This document shows, in pieces, positions 41,401 to 54,899 of a DNA stretch of 64,000 nt; position 1 is the stretch's first letter, and every line of letters begins with the position of its first letter. The stretch lies in assembly GCF_009914755.1 (NCBI RefSeq), contig NC_060928.1; one strand, given 5' to 3'. Position numbers and translations under genes: made by a program. A model generated the notes under the pieces. The model had not been told where the DNA came from. It made no database searches and saw nothing but the letters and a program-made list of their open reading frames with translations. The stretch comes from the human T2T-CHM13v2.0 reference genome, Homo sapiens.

Positions 41401-41510
41401 ATTGAAAGCATTAGGGTGAGTATATAATGTAATTGTATATAGAAGATATATATGAGTTTAGCATATTTTAATCCACTATAACATAAATAATGGTATCTTT
41501 TCCCTTTATA

Positions 41511-42093
41511 TTCATCTCCCCTTATCTATGGTTTTTTTTTTTCCCATGGTTTTAGTTAGTTGTGGCCAATGGGGATTCAAAAATATTAAAAGAAAAATTT
41601 CAGAAATAAACAATTCTGAAACTTTAAATTGTGTGCCATTCTGAGACCCTCAGAAATTTCTTGCCTTCCCACTCCATCCTGTGAACGGAAGTGAATCACG
41701 CCTTTGTCCAGTATATTCACCCCGTGTGTATATGCTACCTGCCTGTTTTTCACTTAGCTGTCTTGACTGTTGCAGTATCACAGTGCTTGTGTTCAAGTAA
41801 CCCTTACTTTACTTAATAATGGCCCCAAAGTGCAAGAACAGTGATTCTGGCATTTTGGAAAGAAACACATTGGAATGCTCATTTTAAGTGAAAAGGTGAA
41901 AGTTCTTGACTTAATAAGAAAAGAAATCTTACGCTGACTTTGCTAGATTTATGGGGAACAAATCTTCTCTCTATGAAATTGTAAAAAAGAAAAAATCATG
42001 CACAGTATCTGTACAGTTTAGTACCATCCATTGTTCCAGGCATCTACTGGGGCTCTTAGAATGTATCCCATGTGGATATGGGAGAAATTCTAC
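41511..42093 (+). mobile_element. MER44/Tigger7-type DNA transposon derivative
   Basis: CCCCTTATCTATGG.../...GTGGATATGGGAG termini, with a remnant transposase N-terminus (ATGGCCCCAAAG..., LSEKVKVLDLIRK). Confidence 0.8.
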
Positions 42094-42202
42094 ATATCTC
42101 AATATTAAACATTTTCTTGTTTTATATTTAAAAATGTTTTTTCATACATTATATTCATTATTCAAATGTATTTCATCATGCTTTAAAAATTCGGTATATC
42201 TC

Positions 42203-42506
42203 GGCCGGGCACGGTGGCTCATGCCTGTAATCCCAGCACTTTGGGAGGCCGAGGGGAGGGGATCACGAGGTCAGGAGATCGAGACCATCCTGGTGAACAC
42301 AGTGAAAGCCCGTCTCTACTAAAAATACAAAAAAATTAGCCGGGCATGGTGGCAGGCGCCTGTAGTCCCAGCTACTCAGGAGGCTGAGGCAGAAGGATGG
42401 CGTGAACCCGGGGGGCGGAGCTTGCAGTGAGCAGAGATCCCGCCACTGCACTCCTGGCTGGGCGACAGAGCGAGACTCCGTCTCAAAAAAAAAAAAAAAA
42501 AAAAAA
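42203..42506 (+). mobile_element. Full-length AluY-type SINE
   Basis: GGCCGGGC start, dimer, A22 tail; TSD AAAAATTCGGTATATCTC (42185-42202) / AAAAAATCTGTATATCTC (42501-42518). Confidence 0.95.
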
Positions 42507-43004
42507 TCTGTATATCTCATGGACTAATATGCTAAGGAAGTGTGCTGATCATGCATTGCTGTTTATGCTTTCTGGTGGGTAGATGGGCACGCAGGATACA
42601 TGCTCTGATCTCACTTGGTATCACGGTGTTCAATACATGGTAATGACACTGCTTTGGAAGATGTACTGAATAAATATATTTTTCAACTACTTACGTCTTA
42701 AGTAAGGAAAATCATTTATTTTAGGTGTGAAACAAAATATCTAAAAAATAAGGCATACGTAATGGAATATAAAGCTACAATTTTTGCGTGTTTAAGTCAC
42801 TTCAGACATTGACTGTACTCCAAGCTTCAGTTGTGATACAATTACTAGATATTATAATGTCCAAATGGGAAATGTTTTCAGTGTATGATCGGGTTGTATC
42901 AGGGTAGCTAAGATAATGAGGTTTATAATCATGATATGGTTATACAATTAAGGGAAAGTATAGAAACATTTTTGTCTTTTACTATTAAAAGTTGAAAGAC
43001 AATA

Positions 43005-43354
43005 CAGTTGGCTTTCGATATCCATGGATTTCACATGCATAAATTCAACCAACCAGGGGTCAAAAATATTCAAAAATGAATGGATGATTTTATTTGTGCT
43101 GAATATATGCAAACTTTTTTCTTTTACTCTAAATAATACAGTATAACAATTATTTGGATAGCATTTGCATTATATTATGTATTATAAGTAATCTAGAAAT
43201 GATTTAAATTACACAGGAAGATGTGTTTAGATCATATGCAAATACTACACCATTGTATACAAGGGACTTGAGCATCTGCAGATTTTGGTATTGGTGGAGG
43301 GGAGGGGTTCTGGAACAAATTCCCCACTTCCGCATAAATAACGAAGAATGACTA
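43005..43354. mobile_element. MER2-type DNA transposon, opposite orientation to the 32867 copy
   Basis: TA|CAGTTGGCTTTCGATATCC...; the interior is reverse-complementary to 32867-33189. Confidence 0.85.
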
Positions 43355-43735
43355 ATTTGTACAAATGCACTTGTTCTTGAGTAGTAATTCTCAATCTCAT
43401 TACACTTGTACATGTGTGCGTATCTGTGCAATAGGCATTTTTTTTTCCTATTGGGTCATCAGCTACATGAAAGGTGAAACTGTACTGTCATCCTTTTTTC
43501 CTTTCTCCAGCTGTGTTTATTTGGTTGATCTTTGATAACATATTTTCTCCTGATTTATTTATTTATTTTTATTGAGGTTAGATGTGAAGCTGGGGTGGAA
43601 TTCACTTTCATGGGCAGGGATTTACATGGTTTTGATCTACAGCTGGCAACGAAAGAGGGGGAGTACCCAGATTTTTTTTTCTTTAGATGTGGGGCCACAA
43701 GTAGAAGAGGGAGGGTTTATTTCACTATATTCTTT

Positions 43736-44720
43736 ATTTTTTTTAAATAATAGCAACTTTTTTTTTTTTAGATTCAGTGGATACTTGTACAAGTTTGTTA
43801 CACGGGTATATTGCATGATGATGAGGTTTGAGGTACAAATGATCCTGTCAGTCAGGTAGTGTGTATAATACCCAATAGCTGGTTTTTCAAAAAGTGGCCC
43901 TCTCTCTCTTCCCCCTTTATTAGTCTCCAGTTTCTGTCATTGCCATTGTTATGTCCATGACTACCCAGTGTTTAGCTCTCACTGAAAAGTGAAAACATGT
44001 AGTACTGGTTTTATCTTCCTGAGTTAATTCACTCACGATAATCGCTTCCAGTTACATCCATATTGCTGCAAAGGACGTGATTTCCTTCTTTATTGTGACT
44101 GCATAGTAATTCCATGGTGCATTTATACCACATTTTCTTTATCCAACCCACCATTGATGGGCACCTAGGTTGATTCCATGTCTTTGCTATTGTGAATAGT
44201 GCTGCAATGAACATAGAGTGCACATGTCTTTTTGGTAGAACTGTTTATTTATATTTGATACACACCAGTAATGGGATTTCTGGGTTGAATGTTAGTTCTG
44301 TTTTAAATTATTTGAGAAATTGACAAACTGCTTTCCACAGTGGCTGAACTAATTTGCATTTGTACCAATATTATATAGATGTTTCATTTTTTTCTGCAGC
44401 CTCAACAGCATCTGTTATTTTTTGACTTTACAATAATAGTCATTCTGACTGGTGTGAGATGGTATCTCATTGTGGTTTTGATTTGCATTTCTGTGATGAT
44501 GAACATTTTTTAATACGATTGTTGGCTACTTGTATGTCTTCATTTGAGAAGTGTCTGTTTCTGTCTTTTGCCCACTTTTTAATGGGTTGGTTTCTTTGCT
44601 TGTTGAATTGTTTAAGTTCCTTACAGACTATGGATATTAGCTCTTTGCTGGGTGCAAAGTTTGTGAACATTTTCTCCCATTCTGTAGGTTGTTTGTTTTC
44701 TGTTGATAGTTTCTTTTGCT
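43736..44720 (-). mobile_element. 5'-truncated L1PA15/16-like element
   Basis: TTTTAGATTCAGTGGATAC...GGGTATATTGCATGATG 3' end; ORF2 C-terminal peptides 44029..44223 and 44467..44670. Confidence 0.88.
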
Positions 44721-45356
44721 CAAAAAAAATGTTATCTCTATTGTATCCCAGTAGAGAGAAGAAAGAGAAACTATTTTTGTCTCAGTGTCTGCCTAAGACA
44801 GAAATGCATATTGGGAAACTTAAGATTTAGGCATATGTTTACTAAATATTTCAGATCCCAAATCCAAGCCACACAGAGTCAGGGAATGCTGCAACATCAC
44901 TTAATGATGGCATGAAAGGACAGAACCTCACTATCACACACTCAGGTTATGACTGTACTTTATGATCGCCCTTGCTCTTGTCCCTTCCTCCTCACTTCCG
45001 TCCTTTCAGATCACTCTCCCTGCTAGAGCTCTCCCTGCCCCATTTCCTTGGTCGGCTATTCCTACATCCCCAAAGTAGCTAGTCTCTTATCTCCTTTTGA
45101 GTCTTGTGAACTTTATCACCTTTCACAGAATTATTAGTTAGAGCTTCCCACCCACCCCTTTTCTTAATATCTGTTTCTGGATGAAGAGGAGAAGCCTTCG
45201 AGTAAAAATGAAAGGCTTTACAATTATTCCCAATTCTGTTTTTTTTCAGGTTGTTACTTTTTTTGCTGTTGTCACAGAAGTTTATTTACAAATGTATACA
45301 TAGTTCTCACCAGTGTTAATTTTTTTTACCTAAAGCTCTAATGTTTACTTATTTAC

Positions 45357-45529
45357 ACAAATCATATCACCCATGCTAATATAACTGTGTTCTTCAGATA
45401 TATATATAAAATATATAATCATTCAGATATATGTATGTATAATCATTCAGATATATATAAAATATATATATAATCATTCATATATATATATCTGAAGAAC
45501 ACAGTTATATTAGCATGGGTGATATGATT

Positions 45530-45532
<3 letters not shown>
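45357..45532. repeat. Perfect 52-bp inverted repeat with a 72-bp AT-rich spacer, followed by (TA)n
   Basis: ACAAATCATATCACCCATGCTAATATAACTGTGTTCTTCAGATATATATATA (45357-45408) and its exact reverse complement (45481-45532). Confidence 0.97.
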
Positions 45533-45564
<32 letters not shown>

Positions 45565-45799
45565 TTGTGTATGTATATATGATTTGTGTGTGTATATATA
45601 TATATATCCCAATGTGGATAAGTTTTCAAAACCTTCTTTCATTATTTTTATTGAAGGCCAATTGCTCTTTCCCAATTCTTAGATTTCTTTCCCTGGATTC
45701 AATATGAATGGAATACAGTAGAATAATCTTATCGATGCAAATAAAACAGATGGGACCCTATCGTATCTAAAACATCATGTTTGTACTGGAAAAGCCCTT

Positions 45800-46394
45800 C
45801 AGTGGACTTGCTGTATACACTGAAATTTTCTGAGAAGTCTAAGTTTTTGCTCTACCTAGATCCTCTTTCTGAGATGTTCCATATGATTCCACTGTGGACT
45901 CCATGACTGATTAGACCTGGAATCAGCCCTTCACCTAACAGCAGTCATTTGCAAGACACCTGGCCCAGGAGCTCCATTTGACATGATAAGATATCTCTCT
46001 TGGGAAACTTGTAACCAAGGAAAATGAAGATAATAAATAGAAGTGATGTGTAATCAGAGGCATTAAAAAAGGAGAGAAGGAAGACTGTCAGCAAAAGCAT
46101 GATGCAGTAGAAATCATAGCTAAAGCTATAAGGTAAAACTCTCTAGTTATAAGTAGAAAAAACAAGTTAAGAACCATAGAGCAGATTGCTATTCTGCAGT
46201 CAGGCTTCTCAGCCTATGGCTGTCTTCCTAAAATGTGAGTGATCAATTGTATCAGACCCTTAAGCTTGGCCCTCTGACTGCTGAACTTGTTCCCTATATT
46301 CCTTGTTTCTCTTTTATTTTGCAATCATTACATCTTAACCAGAGCAAGTTGAGTTGCTTTTTCTCTAAAAACCAAAATAAATCTTACTTAAACA
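45800..46394 (+). mobile_element. Old MaLR/MLT1-like LTR
   Basis: 3' end AAGTTGAGTTGCTTTTTCTCTAAAAACCAAAATAAATCTTACTTAAACA resembles MLT1 termini; the 5' boundary is uncertain. Confidence 0.45.
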
Positions 46395-47807
46395 TTATTA
46401 AAATGTAGAATTTTATGAGGGTGATTTTTTTTATGTTCAAGGAATTGGTCTTTCAAACTAATTTAAATGCAAGAATTGGCTGATCATTAAGATAATTTAA
46501 ATAGTGTGAAATAGGTTTTATTTGTAATGTATTTCCCAAATGCTGTAATGCCATTTAGAAGTAAATAATGCAAGTGTCTTAGGAATCTGCTATGAGAAAA
46601 TATTATTTTAACATTATATTTTCACAATAAGGCTTATTATGGAATATTATTAACTTTTTAGGTGTATGCAAGTTAGAATCACATTAATCCTGACCCAGAA
46701 TAGTTTAAACCCCAACATGAATTGAATGCAATTGAAAAAAAAAAGTAGAAATAACATTTCAAAATAAAACCTACATATGTGATACCTTGCTTAATTGGCT
46801 ATATATTTTTAAGTCTTAATCATAGTATTTGTTGAAACTAAAATTACTTAGCTCCAGAACATACTGATCTAAACATTTAAAGTATTTCAATTTAAAATTC
46901 AAATTTAATTCAAATTAAAAATATTTACTTTTAATGCTCTTCCCTTAAATTGCATTTGTTATTATGCATAAGTTAACTTGGAATGACACATTTTATATTG
47001 TAAGTGTATTAAATAAATGGTCATATAGGTAAGGTTATTTTTCTATGAAACTATGAGTTGGTCTTTGACTAATTTATTCTGGCATTGGCTGGTAATAATA
47101 TAATGATTATCATATGTCAAATCTGTCTGTCTCTGCAGCTTATTACATGCTGTCCTGTATGTATGATGTCCAAGTGACTTGTATTATCAAGTTGTTAACT
47201 ATTTCATTGCAGATGATAAAGAATAAGGAAAACAAATAATTTTACCAATTTCGTGTTAGGCATAAGGCAAAGAGAATCAAAAACAAAGATGTAGATAGAC
47301 AGAGCATACATCTTGAGTGCCTTTACCGTTGAATTGGCACAGCACTTGTAGTAAAGGAAAGGTTGCTTGGAAAACAAAAGTCACTTACAATTCTCAAAAA
47401 TAAATCACATTTAGATAACTTCATATTTTTTATATCTTACTGGGATTTATTTCAAGTAAATATGTATAGTGGAAATCAAATATTTTACATTTTTGCAGGT
47501 GGCTTCTTTCAACATAATTTATTTGAAAATTTAACTTTTGCAATTGATTTGTGGAGATTTTTCTTTCACATAAAGTACTTTTCTATATTTTGTTGTCTGT
47601 GTCTGAGCTGTCTCATTTTTATGTCATTTAGGTTGTCATACTTAATACCATTAACATAATTTGTATTATAATAGTTTTTATAACAATATTATAAATTGTC
47701 AAGATAGGGTCAATTTATAGCTTATCAATTTAAAACATGTTCTTTATATTCTTATGGCTTTTTTTTTCTTTTGGATTACATGTAGAGTTTTTCACTGATT
47801 TCAGAAA

Positions 47808-50800
47808 AATTATATTTAACCAATTATCTGGGCACCTTGTGGCCCAGTCAAGTTGACAGGTAAAATTAACCATCACATTGTGTTGGCACTGATACACATC
47901 TCCTTAAAACATATTTCATCTCCAAAAAAAGAAAATAACAAGGTTACGATTTCACCTAATAATATAATTATCCTGTGCATAACCAAAAATGCAATAAGGC
48001 CTTCCTTACTGAGGAGTTAAAGTCTTTGAGTGATATTTACTCTTCTCTTTGATAACCCATAACTTAAATACTGTAATGTAAAACTAACAACACTTAAATA
48101 TAATTACATAGTCAATATATGATAAGAGTTAGGAAGGGGAAGAAAAGAAATATATTTGCATACACATATATTTATAATAAAATGAGTAAGTATTCTGTAA
48201 ATCCATAGATGATAGTATTTGCAGAAACATTGCTTGCAGGGAAGATAAATCTGAATCCCAAGTGTCTATTCCAATAAGTACAAAAAATTGCCCTTTCCAT
48301 GATGGAAGCAGTCCAGTGGAATCAACCTGGCATCAGATTCCTGAATGATAATGTGGATCACAAGGTTATGGTGCCATATACAAGAAACTCAGTGCTCGTC
48401 TTTGCTGCTGGCAGTTTGGGCACTCAGTGGTAGCTGTAGCCAGGTCAACTTTGATGAGTTGAAGTTCATGTTGCTGAGCCCATGCCTAATCTCCAGCCTT
48501 GCCACCATGGCCACTTTGTTTATAAGCCCACGGTGTGATCACAGGGGTGGCTGGGGAAGGAGGCTGACTGGAGTTCACAGAACAGCTATCCAGTTGGTTA
48601 TTTAAATCCTTCGCTATTGAGGTCAAACTTCTGTAAACATTTATATGGAACACAATTATCGTTCACATGTTTTACTAACTCAGAGAAGTCTATCAACCTA
48701 CTTTTTTTCTCAAATTTTCTTGTCACTAATTTTCCAATTATGGCTCTTTAAAGTTCCTGACTATCCAGCCAAACCATTGACCATGGAATATGAATCAGTA
48801 TATAATCATCCATCTGAACATTTCTTCTTTCAAGAAGAGTACACAGCCAGGTGCACTGTCTGAAGTTCTGCCAACTGGGAGGATTTTCTTTCACCACTGC
48901 CTTCAGAGATTTCCCAGAAAGCAGGTGTAGTGCTGCAGCTGTCCAACTTTGAGTGGTTACCCCTTATTGAGCAGAACCATCTGCAAAACAGGCCCCCTGA
49001 GTCTTTTCTTTCTCTGCCAGTTCATCCTGGGGACCACCCCATGAGGTCATAGGTACAGGCTGCGAGAGAAAAGGCAGTATAACAGGGGTGGGGAATATGG
49101 GCATTTAGGGCACAACGTCATGTAACTTACTTGTGACTTCAGGGTTTATTCAGGTCCCATCACATATGTATCACTTCCATTACATGATAGAATTTTGCTG
49201 TGCACACTCAACTTTGTGGTTTGGTGGGTCAGATAACACTCAGTTGATGATGGGCAGCTCAGGTCACATGAACACTCAGTGGCCCATGGTTAAGCATTTA
49301 GTTTCTACCAAGGCCCTGTAGCAGGCCAAAAGCTGTTGACTGAAATGAGAGTAATTATCTGCAGATGACACCAATGCTTTGCCCCAAAATCTTAAGAGCC
49401 TGTGCTGCAAGTCCCCCATAGTTGCCTGTGAAAGTCTGCAAACAGCATGCCTATCTTCCATTGACACTTCAAACACCGTTAGATATGCTAGATCATAAGA
49501 CATGAGTGGCAGAGCAGCTTGCATAGCACCCTAGGCCAGCTGTAGAGCCTTCTCTTGTTCTGGGTCCCCCTCAAAAGTAGCAGCTTCTTGGGTAACTCAG
49601 AAAATGGCTGGAGTAACACATCCAAATGAGAAATATGCGGCCTCTAAAATCTAAAAAGACCCAACAGAAATTGTGCTTCTTTTTTGGTTGCAGAAGGGGC
49701 CAAATCCAATGACTTATTCTTCACTTTAGAAATGATATCTTGACATATCCTATACCACTGGACCCCTTGAAGTTTAGGTAGAAGGCCTCTGAATTTTAGT
49801 TGGATTTATTTCCCACCTATTGACATGCTAATGTCTTACCAGTAAGTCCACAGTAGTTGCCACTTCAGACTCACTAATCAGTTAATTATGTGTACCTAGT
49901 AATGTACATAATGATCCAATCAGCATAATGGGCCAGTATGACATCTTGTGAAAGAGAAATGGGATCAAGATCCCTGCAGACTAAATTATGATATTTAGTT
50001 GACATCTCTGAAGTAGGACAGTGGAGGTTTATTGCTGACTTTCCCAGCTGAAAATAAATAGTTTCTGGCCATCTTTAGTAAAAGATATAAAGAAAGGAAT
50101 ATTTACCAGATCAATTGCAGCATACTAGGTACCAGGGGATGTGTTAAGTTACTTAAGCAATGAAACCACATCTGTTACAGCAGGTACAGTTGGATTCACC
50201 ACCTGGTTAAGCTTATGATAGTTCACTATCGTTCTCTAAGATCTATTTGTCTTCTTCTCAGGCCAAATAGGCAAATTGAATGGTGATGTGATGGGAATCA
50301 ACACGTCTGCATCTTTCAAGTCCTTCACAGTGGCAATAAGCCCTGCAGTCTCTTCAGGAATGCTGTACTGATTTTGGTTTACTACTTCATAAGTAGGCAC
50401 AGTTCTAGAGGCTTCCACTTGGCCCTTCCCAACATAATAGCCCTCACTCCACAGATCAGGAAACTGATCTGGGGATACTTCAAGTTTCCAAGTATATCTT
50501 TTCTAATTAGAAATTCTGGAAGTTCAGAGTCAGTGTCTGCTAGGTCCTGAAAAGTCAACTTATTTCCTTTTCCCCAATGTACAATTACCCTTATAAAAGA
50601 CAATAAGTCTCTTTGGGGAATTCTAGGAGACAGATTAACAGTATGGATTTCTGGCAATGTTCTATGGTCCTTCCACAAGGGGACCTGGCCTCCCTTTTAT
50701 TCAAGGAGTTCTCAGTCTGTAAACTGGCTCACGTTTTTATTTGAGGGCCTCAAACAAGTCTTTGATTCAAAGGTGTCTTAGTCCATTCTGTACTTCTATA

Positions 50801-52833
50801 ACAGAATTCCACTGGGTAATGTACAATTAACAGAAATTTACTGGCTCACACTTCTGGAGGCTGGTTAAGTTTAATATCAAGGTGTTAGCATCTGGCAAGG
50901 GCTTTCTTTCGTTGCTGTAACGTGGCAGCAGTCATCAAATGGTGAAAGGGCAAAGAGTGATAGAGACAGTGCAGGAGGGAACAAACTGAATTCTGCAATA
51001 AGCCACTCCCATAATAATGGCACTTGTCCATTCATGAAAGTGGAATCCTCATGACCTAACCACTTTTTAAAGGTGCCATCTCCCAATATTGTCACAACTG
51101 GTTATTAAATTTCAATATGAGTTTGAAGGGGACAAACATTCAAACCAAGGGTCATGACTCTAATTTTGTGATTCACTTAGACATTTGCTCATTTGGCCTA
51201 AAACTTTTCTGCTTTTATCTATTAAGTAAAATTCACTAGGCATCCTATCCATTTTACTTCTAGAAACACCATCATCAACTAGTCAATCTAGAGCTCTGTG
51301 CATATCATATTGGACCTTCGGAATATTGCTTTGACTCTGCTGTACTTTATAGTAACTACACCCACCTTCCTTCTCAAAGTTGAGTGGCTCCGCTTAACCT
51401 CTGGCACCCTGGGATCCAATTACTCCCATTACCTTTAGGTTGCCCAATTCAGTGACTGAAGTTCCAACTCTGAAGTCTGGCTTGCAGAAAAGAGCAATCT
51501 CAGAGTTCTTCCAAGAGGCTGGGGCTCCTTTCACAAATTTATTTCTTTCAGTAGCGGTGAAAGTATGTTTTCTGGGTCCTACCAGTAAAGATGAGTAGGT
51601 CTTAAATGACAAATTTACTCAAATATTCCCGAAGCCTTTGAATACTTAACATTAAAGCAAAGCAGATTTGGCATTCCTAATTCATTGGCTGTGGGCCACC
51701 TTTTGGTCCATGTTTCAGCTAACCAAACAAACTGTTAGAGCCTGCTCTAACTCCCTGTGGTGCAACATTGAATGGAGAATCTCTCCTTGGTGAGCGTATA
51801 TTTAAAAAATTAGCCTTATTCAACGTTATGTTTCTTTCAGTATTATCTCATTGCCTTAATGTTCATTTTCATATATGTTCCCTCTGTTTATGCCTGTGTA
51901 CATTAGAAAACTGAAGCAGTTCTTTCAAAGTGTAGGAGTGTAGTGCACTTCTTCATGAGTCATGCTTTGTACCTTAGCTTTAGAAGCCTGCTGGGACTTG
52001 AGTTCAGCTACAGGTCAAGCAATGAGGGGAGGTGGGGTTGGATCCTGATAAGAATCATCATTGTCTTACATAGTAACTGCCTCAGGGGAAGACATTACAG
52101 TTTCCTCAGACAATGCAGTTAGTCACTTCAAATGCCCATGGAAAGGCCCATAGCACTGGCAGCAGGGAAGGCATGTCTACTGGCAGAGAAGATTCAACAG
52201 GATTTAGGGACTCAATGCCCCCAACTTCATCCCAATCAATGCCCTCACTTTAGCAGTAGACATCCTGTGAAGTGGGAGTTCAACTTGTGCTATAATCCAG
52301 CCAGTTTCAGAATGAGGCTCTGGATCAGTTTCAGTTCTGTATTTACCCGGTATAAGAGTCACCATCGGGAAACACACAGAAGCTTTCAGGTCACTTGTGT
52401 AGCCTACGAGCTTGGAATTCTGGTCGCTGAGTTCATCCTTGTCTTTCATCATCTTTTCTAGCAGCATTAGGAGCAAGCATCCAACTTCATTACATCTGTT
52501 AGTTTTCCAAAAAGATTTGAAAGTATCATGTCCACAGTCACCCAACTTCCAGAATATAATAGGTGGTTGAGTAAAAGTGTCCAACAGAGATATTTTGCAT
52601 ATGTCCATTGCCGGATCATGCCATGGGACTATCAGTCCATCAGTGCTCTTACTACTAGAAATGGGCCCATTTATACTGGCGAGGTCAATTGCTTTACTAA
52701 GTCTACCAAGTTCTAAGGTTAATTTCATTGAGAAATATCCTCACAAACACACCCAGAATGATGTTTAACCAAATATCTTGCATGGCACCAGGTGAATCAG
52801 TCAAACTGACTCATAAAAAAAGTAGCCATCATG
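47808..52833 (-). mobile_element. Older ERV-L provirus (ERVL-B4/MLT2B-D-like) with two partial LTRs (47808-47877 and about 52665-52833)
   Basis: Minus-strand peptides homologous to the HERV-L above: gag (52204..52728, 51394..51612), protease (LADTDSEL), RT (SPFNLPIWP), QQLLACYRALVET. LTR starts are visible as ...TTAACCATCACA and ...TAGCCATCATG. Confidence 0.9.
50774..51147 (-). mobile_element. MST/MLT1A-type MaLR solo LTR nested in ERV-L gag
   Basis: TGTCTTAGTCCATT...GGGGACAAACATTCAAACCA, with ERV-L sequence continuous on both sides. Confidence 0.85.
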
Positions 52834-52839
52834 TTGTTT

Positions 52840-54330
52840 CTAAATGTAATTTAATTTTTTCCTGTTTGTGTTGGTATTTTTTCCTGAAGTTTTCTTATCT
52901 GTATATTTTTCATGAAGAATATTTTGGTTTCTTTTTACAGCAAAATATGGATCCTCCTTTTTATTGTTTTCTGCAATTATATACTTGGCAAGTTAAATAA
53001 ATACCTTGGAAAATATTTACGAAGTTAACACTATCTAAATATATCTCTTGTAGCTAACATTTCTGAAATTATTATGAAACTGTTTTTAAAGATTTTCTTT
53101 GTCCTTTATATTCTGTAGATTTACTATAACTAGGTTATATTTTTAAACATACTGCCTCATAATCTGTGTGTATTTTTATTTCGAAGTTTCACTTTTTTTA
53201 ACTGTGAAATTTTCTTAGCCAGTAATCCTCCTATATTATTTGCTCTAATCTTTCCTTCTGAAAATTCTATATATTAATAGTTTAGAGCCTCTTAAGAAAA
53301 TTTTCATGTATTTCAAATTTTCCATATTTAGTCTCATTCTCTTTGGCTTATTCTGAATGAATTCTCTAACATGGTCTTCAAAATCATTTAATTTTTTCTT
53401 AGTGTTTATTTTAGAATATTCTACATCTATGGAATATTTTTAATAGGATAATTATATTTCTAGTAGTTCCAATTGATTCTTTTAGATGTTTTCTGATTTT
53501 GATTCAAATATCCTATTTTGTCTTATGATTTCTTATGGTTTTTACAGATATTTTCCTTCCTCCATTTCTCTGGGAGTCTACATTCTACTTATTTTTAACC
53601 TTTCTGAGAATGTGTTGTAATTTACATATTATTAGTGATGTAATCTGATTATTTAGTTGTCTGGCTGTTGTTCTGTAATACTAATTTTTTAATGGGCTTT
53701 TAATTTTAGTATCCATGTTCTTTAATGCATTTACTTTTTTATGTCTATGCTTATCCTTTTTTGTCTGGTAGTTTTGCAGTTATGTCAACTTTTTCCTTCC
53801 AGATTCCATTTATGAATAACCAGTTTATACTGGCAGGTGAGGTCAGAATTTCTTTCCTTTGGAAATACTGGGGATTTAGGGAACAGTCTCTCAGTTATGT
53901 ACACTTAAACTTTTTTACTCTCATCCACTAGCAAATGTGCTGCTCTATAAGTCATAGACCTAGGAAAATGCTCAATTTTCTTTAACTTCTCTTCCTGAGC
54001 GAAGCCCACTTTAAGACCTTCCCTGACACTTTTCTGCTCTATTCTCCACTGTACAAGTAGGTTATTTTGGATTCACAACTGCCGTCTATTGCTGCCTGTT
54101 TCAAAACAGAAGCCCAGCCGGCCAAGGCTTCAGACTATTATCTATCACTGTGGCCTCAGACTCCCATTAATTAGTTTATTTTTATTTTAATGTATTTTCT
54201 TTCAATGCCACCTTTAAGAAACATTTATGGAAATCATAGAACTGTATTTCTTGAAATCCCCAAATACTTAAAAATACTTTTACATCACAGTTCTTTAAGT
54301 CCAGATTTTTTTTCTCATTTTAATTATTCT
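52840..54330 (-). mobile_element. Ancient L1M/HAL1-like ORF1-region remnant (47340-47800 may be its other half)
   Basis: Strongly T-rich, with CTTTGTCCTTTATATTCTGTAGATTTACTATA resembling antisense ORF1; very diverged. Confidence 0.45.
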
Positions 54331-54899
54331 CATCACATTTGTTCTCAATTGCTAACTCTTGTGACTGTAACTACTGCCATTTTTAACATTGCATATATTT
54401 CAAATGCAGGAACAATATGTATCATAAATGAAGAAAGTCAGAAGTAAAATAGTGACATGGAGACTGAGAAAACAGAAATAACATAATGAAAATTTGTGGC
54501 TTCTGCCAATTTTAGCCAGTGATGCAAAACTGCTGCTTCTGGGACTTTGATATTTAGAATTTAATAGAAAATGAGAAAAAACACATAGGTCAGTGTTGAA
54601 ATAACTTAAGCATTTTTAAGAAGTAGGCAGACATACTTCACCAACTTTACTTTTCATTGATGACAGCAAAAGAGGGCTCATGTCTTATATGAATGCGCAT
54701 ATTTGGTTAATGCCAGTTAAGTCTAAATTAACTATAGGTCAAACTACACTCTAAAATGCCTTTTATAATTTGTAAGTAAGCATTACTTGATTTGCTAGTT
54801 AACAAAAATAATCATTGACATGAATAAAGTCTGATTAAGAGTTTTGGTAGAAGGTTTCAAAAATTTTAACAGAGCAAGTTAATTTCAATGAAATCTCAC

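Noticed and set aside
32867-43354. Inverted MER2 copies as the ends of a 10-kb composite transposon
   Set aside because: Each copy has both of its own termini, and the first lies inside an L1MB that continues on both sides.
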